From Octopus vulgaris (taxonomy: Eukaryota), in assembly GCA_951406725.2 (NCBI GenBank), contig OX597817.1, positions 116,250,001-116,314,000 of the forward strand: a stretch of 64,000 bases of DNA, read 5' to 3'. Positions 49,386 through 64,000 of the stretch are shown here, piece by piece. A model generated the notes under the pieces. The model saw nothing but the letters and a program-made list of their open reading frames with translations. It did no database searches and was not told where the DNA came from. The translations under genes were made by a program, and so were the position numbers. Position 1 is the first letter of the stretch; each line of letters opens with the position of its first letter.

Positions 49386-49718
49386 GAAGGCACATGACTC
49401 AGAGGTTAAAGCGTCGAGCTTGCGATCGTGAGGTTGTGAGTTCGAATCACGGACCGGGCTGTGTGTTATGATTTCGAGCAAGACACTTTAATTAACGTTG
49501 CTCCAGTTCACTCAGCTGTAGAAATGAATTGCGACGTCACAGCTGCCAAGCTGCATCGGTCTTTCCCTTCCCCTTGGATAACACTGGTGGCGTGGAGAGG
49601 GGAGGCCGGTATACATGGGCGGTTGCTGGTCTTCCATAAACAAACTTGCCCGGACTTGTGCCTGGGAGGGTAACTTTCTAGATGCAATCTCATAGTCAGT
49701 CATGACCGAATGGGGTCC
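49386..49718 (+). mobile_element. tRNA-derived SINE (family C)
   Basis: A-box-like TGACTCAGAGG and B-box-like GAGTTCGAATC, followed by gagcaagacacttta...gctccagttcactcagctg. A related fragment lies on the minus strand at 60045-60118. Confidence 0.8.
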
Positions 49719-49721
49719 GAG

Positions 49722-49762
<41 letters not shown>

Positions 49763-51184
49763 TATTTATATATATATATATATATGTATGTATCATGATA
49801 GATCGCTAGCCACTACACATTGAAAGATAAATATAATAGTAAAAGAAAAAGGACATCTGCCTTACAACCTTGATTGTTTTTATGAATTGATCAAAGGATG
49901 AGTGTAAACCCTTGTTTGGGGAAGACAAGAAATATTGTCATCTCGTAACTGAGCGTACATACGTTCTAAAATTAAAGCATGGTTCGAAAAGTAAGGTGTA
50001 GCGTTCAGAAACGAACAGAGGTAACAATGAACTCAACACCATCTGCTTATTTTCGGTCTACTTAATTGCCCTGATGCCGACAAAATCACCTGCTCACATT
50101 AGCTATGCAACGTGACACCTAAAGCGGAACTAAATAATTTCATCATGAAATTGTTGTATCTCCGTGGAATTCGAATTCATATAACAAATAAAATAATGAA
50201 CATTTAAAACAATTCCAGGAATGCTATTGTATCCATTATTGAAACGAATTCATTTACATATTATGTTAGTAGAGTAGAAAGGTGAGAAGTGTTACTTGAT
50301 TCCAGCTATTTTTTTCTGAAATAACTTTAAGGTGAATCTATTTATTGATTTAGTGAAATATAAATCAATTAGCTTATTTATTTCATTTGTACGCACGGTA
50401 ATTAAATAGAAATATTTTATTTGTATTTTAAATGAATATTGACGAAAAGAATATATATAAATTAATGTTATTGCTTTGAAGTCAGCTATTTAAAATATAA
50501 TGCAATACCACATGCAAAATGTATTATATTTTAGAATTGTAATGCTTAAGATTTAGAACGACGGTGTATGCAATTTACTAAAGATATATGAACATTGAAA
50601 GATTCTTTATATATCTATATGTACACACCAGAGTAGTCAAGAATAATTAATCAGACTATGCTTATATTTTATTTATCAATAAACTAAATTGAGAATAATA
50701 TAGTTTCGTTTCAGATATTTATAATTTGCTAAAAAATAATTTCTAAATATTTTCAAATGCATCTGAAATACTGTAGAAGTTTATAATACACATGCGTTTT
50801 ACGAGTTGCTGGAGAATGTTGCCATTTGTACGAGCCACATATACTTGGAATAGTTAGATTACAGAATTGAGCGATTCTTGTGGGGTGAAAACTGAAGTTG
50901 GAGTTGTACAGAGAATAGAAATTAGAATTTGTCTATATATGCACATATATATCATTAACATTCACATGTAAATACAAATATAGAAATGTATGTGTATATG
51001 TGTATATGTATACGTGACTCTGTATGTGCTTATGTATGAATTATATACAAACTCACACACAAGCACACATACAGACATATACATACACACACACATATAT
51101 GTACATACAAACACACATATATGCATCTATATGTATATTTGTATACGTATATACATATATACATACATATATATTATTTTTATT

Positions 51185-51867
51185 AGGCTCGCTTCGTGAG
51201 CTGCATTTCCTCGCAATCGGTACAATGTGTTTATTACGGTACTTTTGACTTTAAGAATCCCTCCAAGCGTGTAGCATTTATGCATTGTAATGCCCTTAAT
51301 ATAAATAAATATATTTAGAGGGAAAAATTTATAAATTTTCTCTTATGAGGTTTTTCACGTTAACTACTTGATAAATTCTTATAAAGATTTTATCATATTT
51401 TTAAATTGTAAATTTAACCGGAATATATTCAGTGGTGAATTTTCTTGTGAATATACACATGTACCGAGATGCAATTCCAAAAGCCAGTCTCTTACATAGA
51501 AATATAAGTGTGAACAATTCTCTGTACTATGCTGGATACATTTGGTGTTCGTCTGGTATGTTGATTTTTTGTTAATTTTTATGTCTTGATCACGTTTTCA
51601 CTGACGATTACAAAGTGCATTTTGTGCGCTAATTATGAAATCATACCATCTGCGGCTGAATCTATTTTTCAAAGGCTCGCTTCGAGAGATGCATTCCCTC
51701 GCGTTCGGTAAAATGTGATTATTATGGTAGTTTTGAATTTCAAGAGTCCCTCCTAGCGGGAGGCATTTATGTATAGTAACGCCCTTAATATAAATAAATA
51801 TATTTAAAGGGAAAAATTTATAAATTGAGGTTTTTCACGCTAACTACTTGATAAATTCTTATAAAGA
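51185..51867. repeat. ~200-bp direct repeats (51185-51387, 51673-51867), 488-bp period; pseudo-LTR-like partial tandem
   Basis: aggctcgcttcg.gag.tgcatt.cctcgc...gcccttaatataaataaatatattta.agggaaaaatttataaatt...gaggtttttcacg.taactacttgataaattcttataaaga occurs twice. Confidence 0.85.
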
Positions 51868-51885
51868 GTTGATCCTATTTATAAA

Positions 51886-51927
<42 letters not shown>

Positions 51928-51929
<2 letters not shown>

Positions 51930-52342
51930 CGTAGGAGTGGCTGTGTGGTACGTAAATTACTTAACACCCACATGTTTTCGGGTTCATTCCCACTGCGTGG
52001 CAGGTGTCTTCTACTATAGCCTCGGGCTGACCAAACCCTTGTGAGTGGATTTGATAAACGGAAACTGAAAGAAACCTGTCGTATATATGTGTGTGTGTGT
52101 TTGTGTGTATGTGTTTGTGTGTATGTGTGTGTGTTTGTGTGTTTGTGTGTATGTCCCCCAACATCGCTTGACAATCGATGGTGTGTGTGTACGTCCCCGT
52201 AACTTAGCAGTTCGGCAAAGGACACCGATAGAATAAGTACTAGGCTTCCAAAGAATAAGTCCTAGGGTCGATTTGCTCGATTAAAGGTGGTGCTCCAATA
52301 TGGCCGCAATCAAATGACTGACAGAAGTAAAAGAGTAAATGA

Positions 52343-52343
<1 letters not shown>
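51928..52343 (+). mobile_element. tRNA-derived SINE (family A) between (TA)n tracts
   Basis: TGGCTGTGTGG A-box and GGTTCATTCCC B-box; colinear with 18866-19292. Confidence 0.85.
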
Positions 52344-52394
<51 letters not shown>

Positions 52395-52527
52395 CGTCGA
52401 ACTATATATGCATAGCCGTATTTCGTCTGTCGTTATAATATATATATAAATTATATTACGCACTGGGTCGATGTAATCGACTTAATCCCTTTGTCTGTCC
52501 TTGTTTGTCCCCTCTGTGTTTATATAA

Positions 52528-52628
<101 letters not shown>

Positions 52629-52813
52629 GTGTATGTATTGTTGTTGTTGTTGATGTTTTTTCCCTTCTTCAGACTATTCCATTTTGCTTTTCGACGAAGA
52701 GATATCCTCTAAACGTCAGAGATTTTCTCTTCTTACCGAGCGTCGAACTAACAACATTGAATGTGTACAACCTCTGTTATTGTTATTTTTAATATTCGTC
52801 TGTTTTATATGTC

Positions 52814-52880
<67 letters not shown>

Positions 52881-52882
<2 letters not shown>

Positions 52883-52946
52883 TTATAATTAGGGTTCAGC
52901 AAAGATTTGCTCTACCACATATCTTTGCTGAACCCTAATTATAAAG
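52881..52946. repeat. Perfect 26-bp inverted repeat with 14-nt loop, abutting (TA)n
   Basis: ctttataattagggttcagcaaagat / atctttgctgaaccctaattataaag. Confidence 0.95.
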
Positions 52947-53034
52947 TATTAAGTTTACCGTGAAAGGGTCCTTTTTCATACCGAATTCTACTTGGTGAAA
53001 ATATTGATTACTTCTTAATTGATTAATTTTACCT

Positions 53035-53113
<79 letters not shown>

Positions 53114-53733
53114 ATACATATAATGTGAAGGAACGGAGTAGGTAAAATCCAGATTCATGTGCTTCCTAGTTAGCAGGACTTCGGAAGTAATATTTACTCA
53201 ACGAGAGGTAATCCGCTTGCTACTCATCACGTCCAAGATTCCTTAATTCTATGAAGGCTACGATGTCGTTAAGGAATCCTAATATAACTCGTGGGGGATG
53301 TACTCTGAAACGAGTGGTGAAACTGGAGAAACGGAATAATATACAAAATGAATAACAAATACAAGAACAAATATAATTACCAGTAAGGTAACTGAACGTA
53401 AATGTAAAACATTTGATATGATAATTACATATATACGTATATACACATATATGTCTGTATGTTTTTGTAAATATATCTGCCTATGTGTATAACAACTAAC
53501 CCGTCTTCTGTATGAGATATTTACATTATAAAGTCTTAAATAACGTGTGAACTAAGGTACTCCTTGACAGGCCACTAATACGTCCTTGTATGTAGGAATT
53601 TAGGCGCTCAAACATTTCATATAGCCCATCTATAATATATTTGTGTGTATCACAACAAACCCAGTGATTATTTCTTGCAGTAGACATATACATGTGTATA
53701 TGCGAGTGTGTCTGTGTGTGAGTGCGTGCATGC

Positions 53734-53774
<41 letters not shown>

Positions 53775-53776
<2 letters not shown>

Positions 53777-53990
53777 ATCCAGACATGAAAACACAAAGAG
53801 AAAACACCACAACGCGAGGACGTGGAACAAGTATAGTATTATTGGACGGTCAGGAAAGAAGGAGGGTTTAACGCTTCGATCGGAGCTCTTCATCCGAAAC
53901 ATAGAGAAAGGGAAGATCCAAAGAAGGGAAGATGGAGGAAACGGTACACACGCGGTCACATTTTGAATATATATCAACCCCACCATTTAT
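53775..53990 (-). mobile_element. Short element between (TA)n tracts with a degenerate hammerhead-like motif (53866-53900)
   Basis: Minus strand: ttt-CGGATGA-a-GAGC-tcc-GATC-GAAG-CG-TTA-aac. It has the hammerhead layout with several substitutions. Confidence 0.45.
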
Positions 53991-54008
53991 TGATCTATAT
54001 ATATATAT

Positions 54009-54080
<72 letters not shown>

Positions 54081-55492
54081 GAATATACACGTGTATACAC
54101 ACACACTCATACACATGCACATATATGTATGTATATAAATTTTGTCAAATGCGTATTTCTGTCTGTGAGATGCCTATTTACATTCTTAAATTATTTCTAG
54201 CTATAAGCACATTGTCAATGTTTTTGCTATAAATATCTTCATTATTATTAGTCTCTTTGTTTCTATAGTATAGACTAGTATCGTCTTTCTGTTCTCAATC
54301 ACTAGAAGTTTATTTAACTAAATTTATGTCTCCTTGGCGTGCTATAACTTCTCTATTTTGTATTGATGTTCCAGTTTATAAGAAGCGTTTCAGACGTGAA
54401 TTATTTTTATGGTACAACGAAGGGATGAAAGAAGTCTTTCATTTGAAATCAACAAATTACAGTGAACAAACACATGAAGAGATTCAATGGTATTATTCCT
54501 CTGTGCGTTTAAGAAAAAGTGGTATTAACTGCTTTTGTCATTTGTATTACTTTCAGTACAAATAATGCAAGAAGAGAACTGGTGTTATTGTAATTAATAA
54601 TGGTTATCAAACTTACCATATATCGGTTATTGTATGTTATTAAATTTTAGCTAATGAAAACCAAAATATGTTTCTTTTATTTCATTCGTATTGATATACA
54701 TTTTACAATAAATATTACGGAATAGGTTATGCAGTAGTTACTAACACTGATTTATTAAAAATATATAATGCTGTTTATATAATTCATAACAAAATCCTTG
54801 CAATAAGTATTCCTTGCAATTTGGTTATTAATTTTTGGAGAGAATTTTAGGGCAATAGAATAAATATCTTGTAATGCGTTTCTCATATATTGTGGCTTTT
54901 GCTGTTGCTTAGCAAACGGTTAGGTATGAATGAATCATGTCTCATGAAAAATTATCCAGGTTTAATTATCATGTCTAATAACATATGAAGAACCACATAT
55001 ATAACTTCCATTCTGAAGGAAGTTACATCTTAAATGTCATGATAATATTTACTAAAGCCAGCGAAGAAGAGAGACACATTTGCACCTACATCTTTACTGG
55101 TTACCCACATAAACAGAAGAAAACTGAGCAAGATTAACATAAAAATGCCCTGGCCTTTATGTAAGTTTTTCACTCTCAAAGAAATATATCTTTCTAGAAG
55201 ATTTGTTTATCGGTAGCTTAGTTGTCATTTGCAAACAACGTCGGGTCAAAACGTGATATGTCTTACACAAATATATTTTATACATTACTTCTCGTAAAAT
55301 AGCTCTTTGACTTTCTCTCTCTCTCTTATATATATATATATATATATATATGTTAGAAGGTTTGAAAATTGTGAATATAATAGTGAATAAACATCTTTAA
55401 CATTGCATTTTCAAACGTTCTTTCATATATATTTCCACTCGTGCTGTACCGTACAACTTCACTTTGTTTATATGTATACATACATACATACA

Positions 55493-55600
<108 letters not shown>

Positions 55601-55652
55601 TATTCATATGTAAACATATGTCTATATATATATACATATATATATATGAGAT

Positions 55653-55685
<33 letters not shown>

Positions 55686-57658
55686 ATAAATTCGGAAACT
55701 CACATTATAGCTTCACTATCTAAATATATTTGTTTTTTTTAAAGGATAGTATATGAACAATTATGAAATCGATTCGTTTTTATATAATACCTATATTCAT
55801 GCTAACTTTGTAAAGATGTACATGTATTATAGCTGACATTTTCAAGAGAGAAGATCAGAAATGATTTTTGTAGACAATTTTGGAAGTCATAAACAATCTT
55901 AGTACATTAGATCATTTTTCTCTCAGTTGGCTTTGCACATTCTGAATCATGGATATATGTTAATATTAATCAGATCCCATACAAATATTACGATATTTTA
56001 CACGTAGAGAAACAAATATACTACGTGTACCAAGAAGGAAAATGGAAAGTACTATTGTAAAACAATGTTTTCGACATATCTAGCAGCCGATCTTTTACCG
56101 ATGACTAATCATATATTTGGTATATGAGTACTTTCTTTTTGCATATATTACCACAGTACTTAACAAATACGATCAATTGAATATAAGAAAACATAAAACT
56201 ACTAACAATCATGCAAAATGTGTTAGTGTCTAATGAATGTAGTATAACAGATAAATAAGTTGTGGTTATATTCAAACTGCATTTTATATGCTATCTTTGT
56301 ATTTCATGGCTGATTCTTAACGGGCATGCAAACGTCCAGTGTTAAATAATATGATCAGATATACTTCTGGTAATTATAGATACCAGTGGCGATAACGTCA
56401 GCTCTTAAAACGCATTGATGTTCGTGGTCGTTCGTTTGAAATTTGCAACGATATATATATCAGCTACAATTTTGTGGCGATTTTTCTTATTTTTGCAAAG
56501 TTAGCCATAGAGAATAAATGAATTTATAATTAATAGCTATATACTTCTTAAGTCTCTCTCAACTATTGTGCGTAATCAATAATATTATAGAGATCACTTG
56601 AGATTTAATTGACCGCCAATATAAAGTTCAATATTCCCATTTAGTCTCGTTTCTCGATTAGCTGTAATTCCAGTCGCAGTTAATACTAAAACAAAGACAA
56701 TTCGTGCCAAAATACGTTAAAACTAACATTGATCAATCATACCACTATGATATAGTTACTATTTAAAAAAAAAATAGAATAAAATTACTGATGTGGATAA
56801 TTAACTCCAGCATATTGATGATGTTCTTTATGATGATGTTTGTCCTGATAATGAAGATTCTTCTTATGCGGTAATTTATATTAAGTTAGAATTGTGATGA
56901 TTGTTTCAAGTACAGCTTTTATCAATCGTATGCTATATTAGGAAACCCCTGTTAGAGATATCTGATTAATCCAAACATATAACTAGATATTGCCTATCTT
57001 AAGTGGGTGTAGATGTTTGTTGTTTATGTTTAGTCCCAGGCTAACTGTCATCATTGAAGCCTGTTCTGTAAGGCTTTCTACCCGCTATCAATAAAGTTTT
57101 TTTTAAAGATATGCGATACAACTACATATAGCGACTTTCCGCTTTATTACAAAGTAGGGTGCTAGAAGGGGATTTGGGCGGTAGCGTGTCGCAGACTCTC
57201 CTATACCTTAACGTTGACAGTGTCTTATCTTTTTTAGATGATATAATTCGTAAAATTAATTCTCCACAATTTATACAATAGGGGCTGATATATGTCTACT
57301 GCCCGTATTGTAGAAATGGTGATATTCTAAGGAATTTAATTAATCATAGTTGTGAAACGACACTTTCTCCTATTATTACAATATAATATATTCACACTTT
57401 TATATTATGGTTCCTATATTCTTGCATATCTAATTATATTAGGCACCAACTCTGTCGCTTTTGGTTGATAATTCGATCTGATACAACAACAACCAAGTCG
57501 CATCACACTTGTTGTGAAAGGGGATAACGACAATTGCATAATGTAACCCTGTACATTCGATGCCTTACGAAAGACAAAAGGGTTCGTCACATCTGAAAAA
57601 TTTGATCATAAACCTGCAAAATCACGTCTAACCTGTGTCGTCTAAATAACACAAACAA

Positions 57659-57775
57659 ATGATGATGATTATGATGATGATGATGATGATAATGATGATG
57701 ATGATGATATTGGTGATGATGATGGTGATGATGATGATGATGATGAGGATGATGATGTTATTAATAATAATAATA
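57659..57775. repeat. (ATG)n/(ATA)n microsatellite
   Basis: Directly visible; source of the poly-M pseudo-ORF. Confidence 0.95.
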
Positions 57776-59211
57776 TGTAGAGACACATCTCAAATAAAAT
57801 ATTATCATAACAGACAACAGCCTCGAAGCGCCGTATCTGTCGACATGAGCCTTACACACATACATATAGGCTTTAATTAATTCTCCTTTATATTTATAAA
57901 CTCACCGTAATTCTCAAAGTGAAGACTGTAATGATGATAATGATCTTGAGAATGTTAAAATGATGATCACGAACATAGTCATTATCATTAACCTGTATAG
58001 ACACTTTATTGCTGCCGGCTCTTTTAACATTGCAACAATAAATATTAACATTATAGACAGTCAAATCATATTTTGAATAAAACTACAAACAGTATCGTGT
58101 CGACTGAAGAAATTATACTAATCAATATAATTGTTCATCTCGTTATGACTTTCAAATGCTTAAGCTGTATAATTTTAGTTTCCTTGATTAGTGCTCGAAT
58201 TACTGAGTAACTAACCGTTAGATTCTTAGATAAAATGGCGTCTTTCACTCTTCCTTGTTTCTTAACATTCATATGTAAGGAAGTACTTACTAACATTGTT
58301 CTTTACTTCACCTTTGTTTCACTTACTTTGATATTAACTTAAAGTTGCAGCAAAAAGAAAACGCTACATATTTCAAGATGCCTGGCTCCGAACAGATATA
58401 CTTTATATAGGAAAATCTTCAAGCACCGTAATCTTTTTTTAACGAGTGAAAAATGTATTGATTCTAGTTTGAGGAGTTTGCTCTTTATAAAATTAACCGT
58501 AGGTATACATTTTCTTAAGACACGTATTGCTACATATTAACGAGGAATTACGATGATGATGCTGATGATGATAATGTTATTAATAATAATGCTGATCAAT
58601 TAGATGAATCTATAATTTTACATTGTCTAAATTATAAAACAAATAAATGCATAAAAGTGAAATTTTTCTTTTCTTTTTAATTCTTACTATTGTAATTTTA
58701 TTTCTGATAATTGGAGAATGCTATATACTGTCAAATTACATTCTATATATTGTCACATTTAAAGAGAGAAATTTATTTTATTAAAACTGATAATAGATAT
58801 AATGATATGATTTCTAAGATAAGTCACAAATTTCCAGGTGTATAATAGTTAATGTTATTAAATCTAACGTCCAGTATATATTCTAATAATGCATCAACCG
58901 AGGTTAAATGAATGTTATAAGGGTAAGATTGTATTTATGGAATGTAATTATTGTTCTTTATTTCTATGGCAAATTTGCGTTAGCTTGAATCACCAAATAT
59001 CATTTTTTCTTCCCTGTGTGTTTGAGAAACGATTCTCCGTTTATAAATTTAAAGGGGGTATTAAGTACAGTGTGAACTTATAGAAGTGTGACCAGAATTA
59101 TTTGCATTGGTTCCTGATAAACTCTTGTTTATCCTACTCTTACCTGCGCTCGGCGTATATGATAGCCCTGCACACCATTGCCCGAGGATAACACAGGTAA
59201 CGGATACTTAA

Positions 59212-59268
59212 AATACCTGCGGATATTTTATCCCTTAGTCGGTTCCTACAACTGCTTACTCTGTTTAT

Positions 59269-59318
<50 letters not shown>

Positions 59319-59338
59319 TATACTGGAAGAAAAAGACA
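59212..59338. repeat. Left arm of a long-range inverted repeat (partner 63869-64000)
   Basis: aatacctgcggatattttatcccttagtcggttcctacaactgcttactctgtttatatc-(TA)n-ctggaagaaaaagaca is the reverse complement of 63869-64000, with ~3 substitutions outside the (TA)n. Confidence 0.9.
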
Positions 59339-61767
59339 GGTTTTACTGCAGTATCACTAAACACATAATTCATTATTTTAACATAACGTGACAGTCTAAA
59401 CGAAAAATTATACAAAAGTTTCAGAATGAACTAAAGGACATATGAATATATGAGGTATTAAAATACTATTTCTTCCACATTAGTATCATCTAGCGAAATG
59501 CATTTAGCATTATGGTGTTATTAACCGAGTACATAAAAATACAGTAAATCTGCGTTAAACAAATTCAAATGTGCAGAGGTACATTTGTAAAGATAAAGCT
59601 AATTAGAGGTGAGATATAGCAAAGCTTCAAAGAAAGTCATGCCTTATCTTTGAGTAGATCATATTTCCACAGAAATCTGTAATAACTTAGATTTAAATTC
59701 AAGAAATATTTCAGTCTCGGTGTTGCAGTTTATGCAATCAACAGATTTCAAACGTCAGGAAAGGAAGAGTGAGAATAAATAAATTTGATCTTCAATGGCG
59801 AGCAAGGATGAAATTTTTGACAATATTTTAGACATACAAATTATTATACAAACTCATACACATACATACGCACAAACACATATTGACATGCTTGTAACCT
59901 TTCAATTATATACATTACACTCACTCAAAAAAGAAAAACAATTGTACTTCCCGAGCACAAGTTTATAAAGCAGGTTTCATGGATTTTGTTGCGTGTATAT
60001 TCAACATCTTGAACGGGACGTAAGCAAGATCACTTATTTTACCTGGCCTAGTGGTCTGGAGTAACATGAAATGAAGTTCTTGCTCAAGCATGCAACACAT
60101 CATCCGGAATTGAAACCAAACACACGCACACATACATACACCCACGCTGTACCCTACCACACCCGCATATATATATATGTATATATATGCATGTATATGG
60201 ATATATATTTGTATATAAATGTATGATTATATGAGTATGTATGTATAAATGAAAACTAAATTTTACTCAAGATGCTATTAAAATGATACACGCTCCGATT
60301 GAATGATTAAGTTGGAAATATTTTAAAAATATTATCTAGTTATGTTCTAGTTTTCCATTCGAAATCCTTATAAGTTCAGAAAATACAGTCGTTCTTGCTA
60401 GAAACATTTAAAATAAAATTTGAATGTAAGAGTGGCATGTAACATACATCTAATAGCAAATAATATTTATAAATCTTTTTGCATATTTCAGAGCAGAATT
60501 ATTTGCTTCATATGTGAATAGTATGTCAAATCTTTAGTAACAAATTTTAATCTAGAATGGCAATATTATATGCAAGAACTGTGAATACTTAAAACACAGA
60601 GTACTATGCTAACTTGGTAAAGATTTATTTCTAATTTCTATACGTATTAACTTCAGTTTTGCTCTTGTTGAAGCTGCATTTTGTATCCTGTAGGTTGATT
60701 AAATTAATTTGTTGAAATTCACTAAAACTCTGATCAAAACCCATATACATCAGCAACACTAATTATCCATGTAACTATTTGAAAGAATTACATATATGAG
60801 TTGTATCAGTGAAAATCGCCTCACAAAGTACTGACACGTTCAATTATCTTTCTTACGGATTCTCAATAATAGATTACACTCTACGAAAGTGTGCTTCTGT
60901 TAAAGATACAAAGGCTATGAAATAATTTAGTTGCATCCTCAGCAGATAATTAAATTATATTCAGATTCGTTTATCCAGACAATTGCTTGTTACACTACAA
61001 GGGATTCTTCATTTCCGTAATTGGAAGAAAATACACATATAATCTAATGATTTAGTTAATATTTAACAATTAGCTGGCAATATTGGTTTGCATGTAATGT
61101 CTAGAAGGCTATCTATATTTTCCAATGAAAATTTCATACGTCTGATGCAAAAATATGCAATATTTTCCAATGGAATATCCTAATGAGTGGATGAAATTAA
61201 GAAATAGCACGCATTGAGAATTATGAGCTCATTTTGAGAATATGATATGTAATTTACAAGCTCATCGCAATATATGTTTTTATGTAGTCTCAGATGAACA
61301 TTGATCAATAGGTCCAGCAATAACACACCATTTATTTTCACACATAAGGTTCCCTTGTCTTCTGTGTGTGTATGTGTGTGTGCCTGTGTGAGTGTGTATG
61401 TGTGTGTGTTTGTGTATGTATAACATCTGCTTAGTAAGTCAATAAGTTATCATTTGACAATTATTTTTGGTCTTATTTATTACATACAAGCCTCTCATAT
61501 GCTGAAACTTACAGCAGTACAAGGATTTGAGGCTAAGGCACAGTTTGGAAATACTGACGATATGTCAAAAATAAATTAGTTTTTGAGATGAAAAGCATAG
61601 ATATCTTACGGATATATGAAATAAAGATATCCATCTATTAAGACCTATAAAAAGGCAAATTAAACATTTACTTTCACTTAACATTGGTAATACATTCATG
61701 ATTATATGTCCGCATACGCATTTAATTATATAAGATATATAATTATATAAATATAATTGTATAAGAT

Positions 61768-61864
<97 letters not shown>

Positions 61865-62675
61865 TATATATATATATACATATATATATATATAATTGAA
61901 TAACTATAATTGTTTAAAATATATACACACGAATGAAACATTTGTTGTCAATATATGCACTGTTAAAGTAAAAAATTATAAAATCCACTCCGCAAGTGTT
62001 TGAACCCAAAACGTCAATGAAATCACGCTCCTGCCACGAAGTACGGCTTGCTCAAAAGTAAATAAACCTTCTGGGGCAAGACACACTTTATTGAAACATT
62101 TCTAATATTTCACAATATTTATTTTATCGACCTTTCAAATATTTAAAAGAAACTTAATATTTGGCAAGACGTGGTTTTAGAATCATAAAGCACAGAGCGA
62201 CATATCATAAATCATATTGCTGTCTGTGTATCATTCAAGACAATTCTAAATAAAAATAAATATATATATATACTTCTGAAATACACTTTGCGTATTTTAG
62301 TTTAAATGGAGCGTTCAAATATTGATGTCTAAATTTGGCAAAAAGCCACAGGTTTGTAGACAAATGTGTAACGACAAAAGATTGGACTTCGAAAGCATTA
62401 ATAATTTTTTTAGTATTTTTGATATCGACCTGTGGGATGATGAAAGCAAAAGCCAACGTTGGCAGAATTTGATCAGAGAAAGTGGAAAACTTTCTAAGAG
62501 TCTAATGTTAGAGACACTCCAGCAATGTTAGAGAAAGTTAACTCTAAAATTATCAAAGGAAGTAAGAAAGTGTTTAATTACAAGAAAATAAATGTATTCA
62601 GATGTATTTTGTAAGTTCGTACTTACATAGTTGTTATTCTAACGAGGAAATAATATATCTATCTCCCTCTACATA

Positions 62676-62743
<68 letters not shown>

Positions 62744-63139
62744 CATACAGATATATACATGTATATATATTATATATACATATATACATATACATATATA
62801 TGTGTGTGCGTGCGTGTGCGGCGTGTGTGTTTGCATGTATGTATGTTTTAATCGATTTGCTTTTCGCAGGAAGGAAAGTTTCTTATTCGAAGACAGGTCT
62901 CGCCTTCACCTTCGAAACGTAGAGTAGATGAAACCATGGCGACTGAAAAAAGGCTTTTTTCTTTGTGTTAATTGTCCTCTACTCTATTTTTTTGTTGTTT
63001 AAAAAAATGTCTGTTTTCGTTTCTCATTGTGTTCGACGTTTTTTGTTTGGTGTCCTGTACTCGTATATGCGTGTATATATACATGTAGAGGTAGGTACGT
63101 ACATATATGTATATATATATATGCATATGTTTTTATTTA

Positions 63140-63274
<135 letters not shown>

Positions 63275-63455
63275 CGAGAGAGAGAGAGATAGAAAGAAAG
63301 AAGAAGAATATGAGGGGTTTAGTTCACTTGTGATCTAGATGAATAGTTAGACTGAGTAAGTGCTATAATTAGCCGCCCGTTAGGTTCCAAGTTCACAGCT
63401 GAGGTTAGAACTACGGATCCGTAGCAGGTATATTGGATAAAAAAGGATAAAAAAA

Positions 63456-63862
63456 GCAAAGGTGGGACGATTATCTCAAGTCATTTACACTGTTCAATTA
63501 GAATAATGTGAATTTAAGGTGATTAATTAATTAAATAATTAATTATTGGCTAGCATATCCATACACTGGGTATTCCATCATCTCAAGGTGAGTTTGTATG
63601 AAAGTTCTAGACTGGGGATTCACAATTTATAAAGGAATAAAATTGAAGATAGAAGAATACAGACAGGAGAATAACTTCGAATTCCCTGTCTAGAACTTTC
63701 GTACATATTCCAGTATATGGAGATGCTAACCTATGACTTGGGATATATCGGAAACAGCTGTAAGACATCCACATAATTAATTAATTAATTAATTAATTAC
63801 CTCAGATTGGTCTTACTCTATTTAAATATTCTAAATGACTTGAGATAAACATCCTACCTCGC
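63456..63862. mobile_element. Diverged ~400-bp fold-back element with hammerhead relic
   Basis: Nested inverted matches: ttatctcaagtcattta/taaatgacttgagataa, tagcatatccatacactgg/ccagtatatggagatgcta, gtatgaaagttctagac/gtctagaactttcgtac. GAAA-CAGCTG-TA-AGAC lies at 63751-63766. Confidence 0.75.
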
Positions 63863-63883
63863 TTGTGTTGTCTTTTTCCTCCA

Positions 63884-63934
<51 letters not shown>

Positions 63935-64000
63935 ATATATGATATAAACAGAGTTAGCAGTTGTAGGAACCGACTAAGGGATAAAATATCCGCACGTATT

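Noticed and set aside
49386-49460. tRNA gene (also the heads at 18866 and 51928)
   Set aside because: A/B boxes are present, but there is no complete cloverleaf and each continues into a SINE body.
53280-53325. Possible hammerhead relic (gtgggggatgtactctGAAAcgagtg)
   Set aside because: The CTGANGA core is absent and the stems are too degenerate to support a call.

Overview
AT-rich, microsatellite-dense animal genomic DNA. The SINE types and (TA)n/(CA)n/(TAG)n density suggest an octopod cephalopod; this is an inference. No host protein-coding gene can be identified with confidence, although a few weak exon candidates exist. The main feature is a young, 5'-truncated Penelope-like retroelement (PLE, Neptune-type RT + Zn-finger + GIY-YIG) at ~578-4574, inserted in (TA)n. 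Its intact 765-aa RT-EN ORF is preceded by an overlapping upstream frame, open from the truncation point at 579 to 1286. That frame carries an in-frame T-TTT-TTA slippery heptamer which would join it to RT by a -1 frameshift. The 3' pseudo-LTR holds five CCAAT-N12-CRE modules, a TATA/Inr and a hammerhead-ribozyme-like motif. At least seven further hammerhead-like relics are scattered through the window, often inside fold-back elements next to microsatellites. Also present: a decayed R4/Dong-type LINE plus a short 3' copy in (TAA)n, Helitron PIF1-helicase, Merlin-like and maT/Tc1-mariner relics, several tRNA-derived SINE families, and local direct and inverted duplications. Most short ORFs in the supplied track are microsatellite artefacts.
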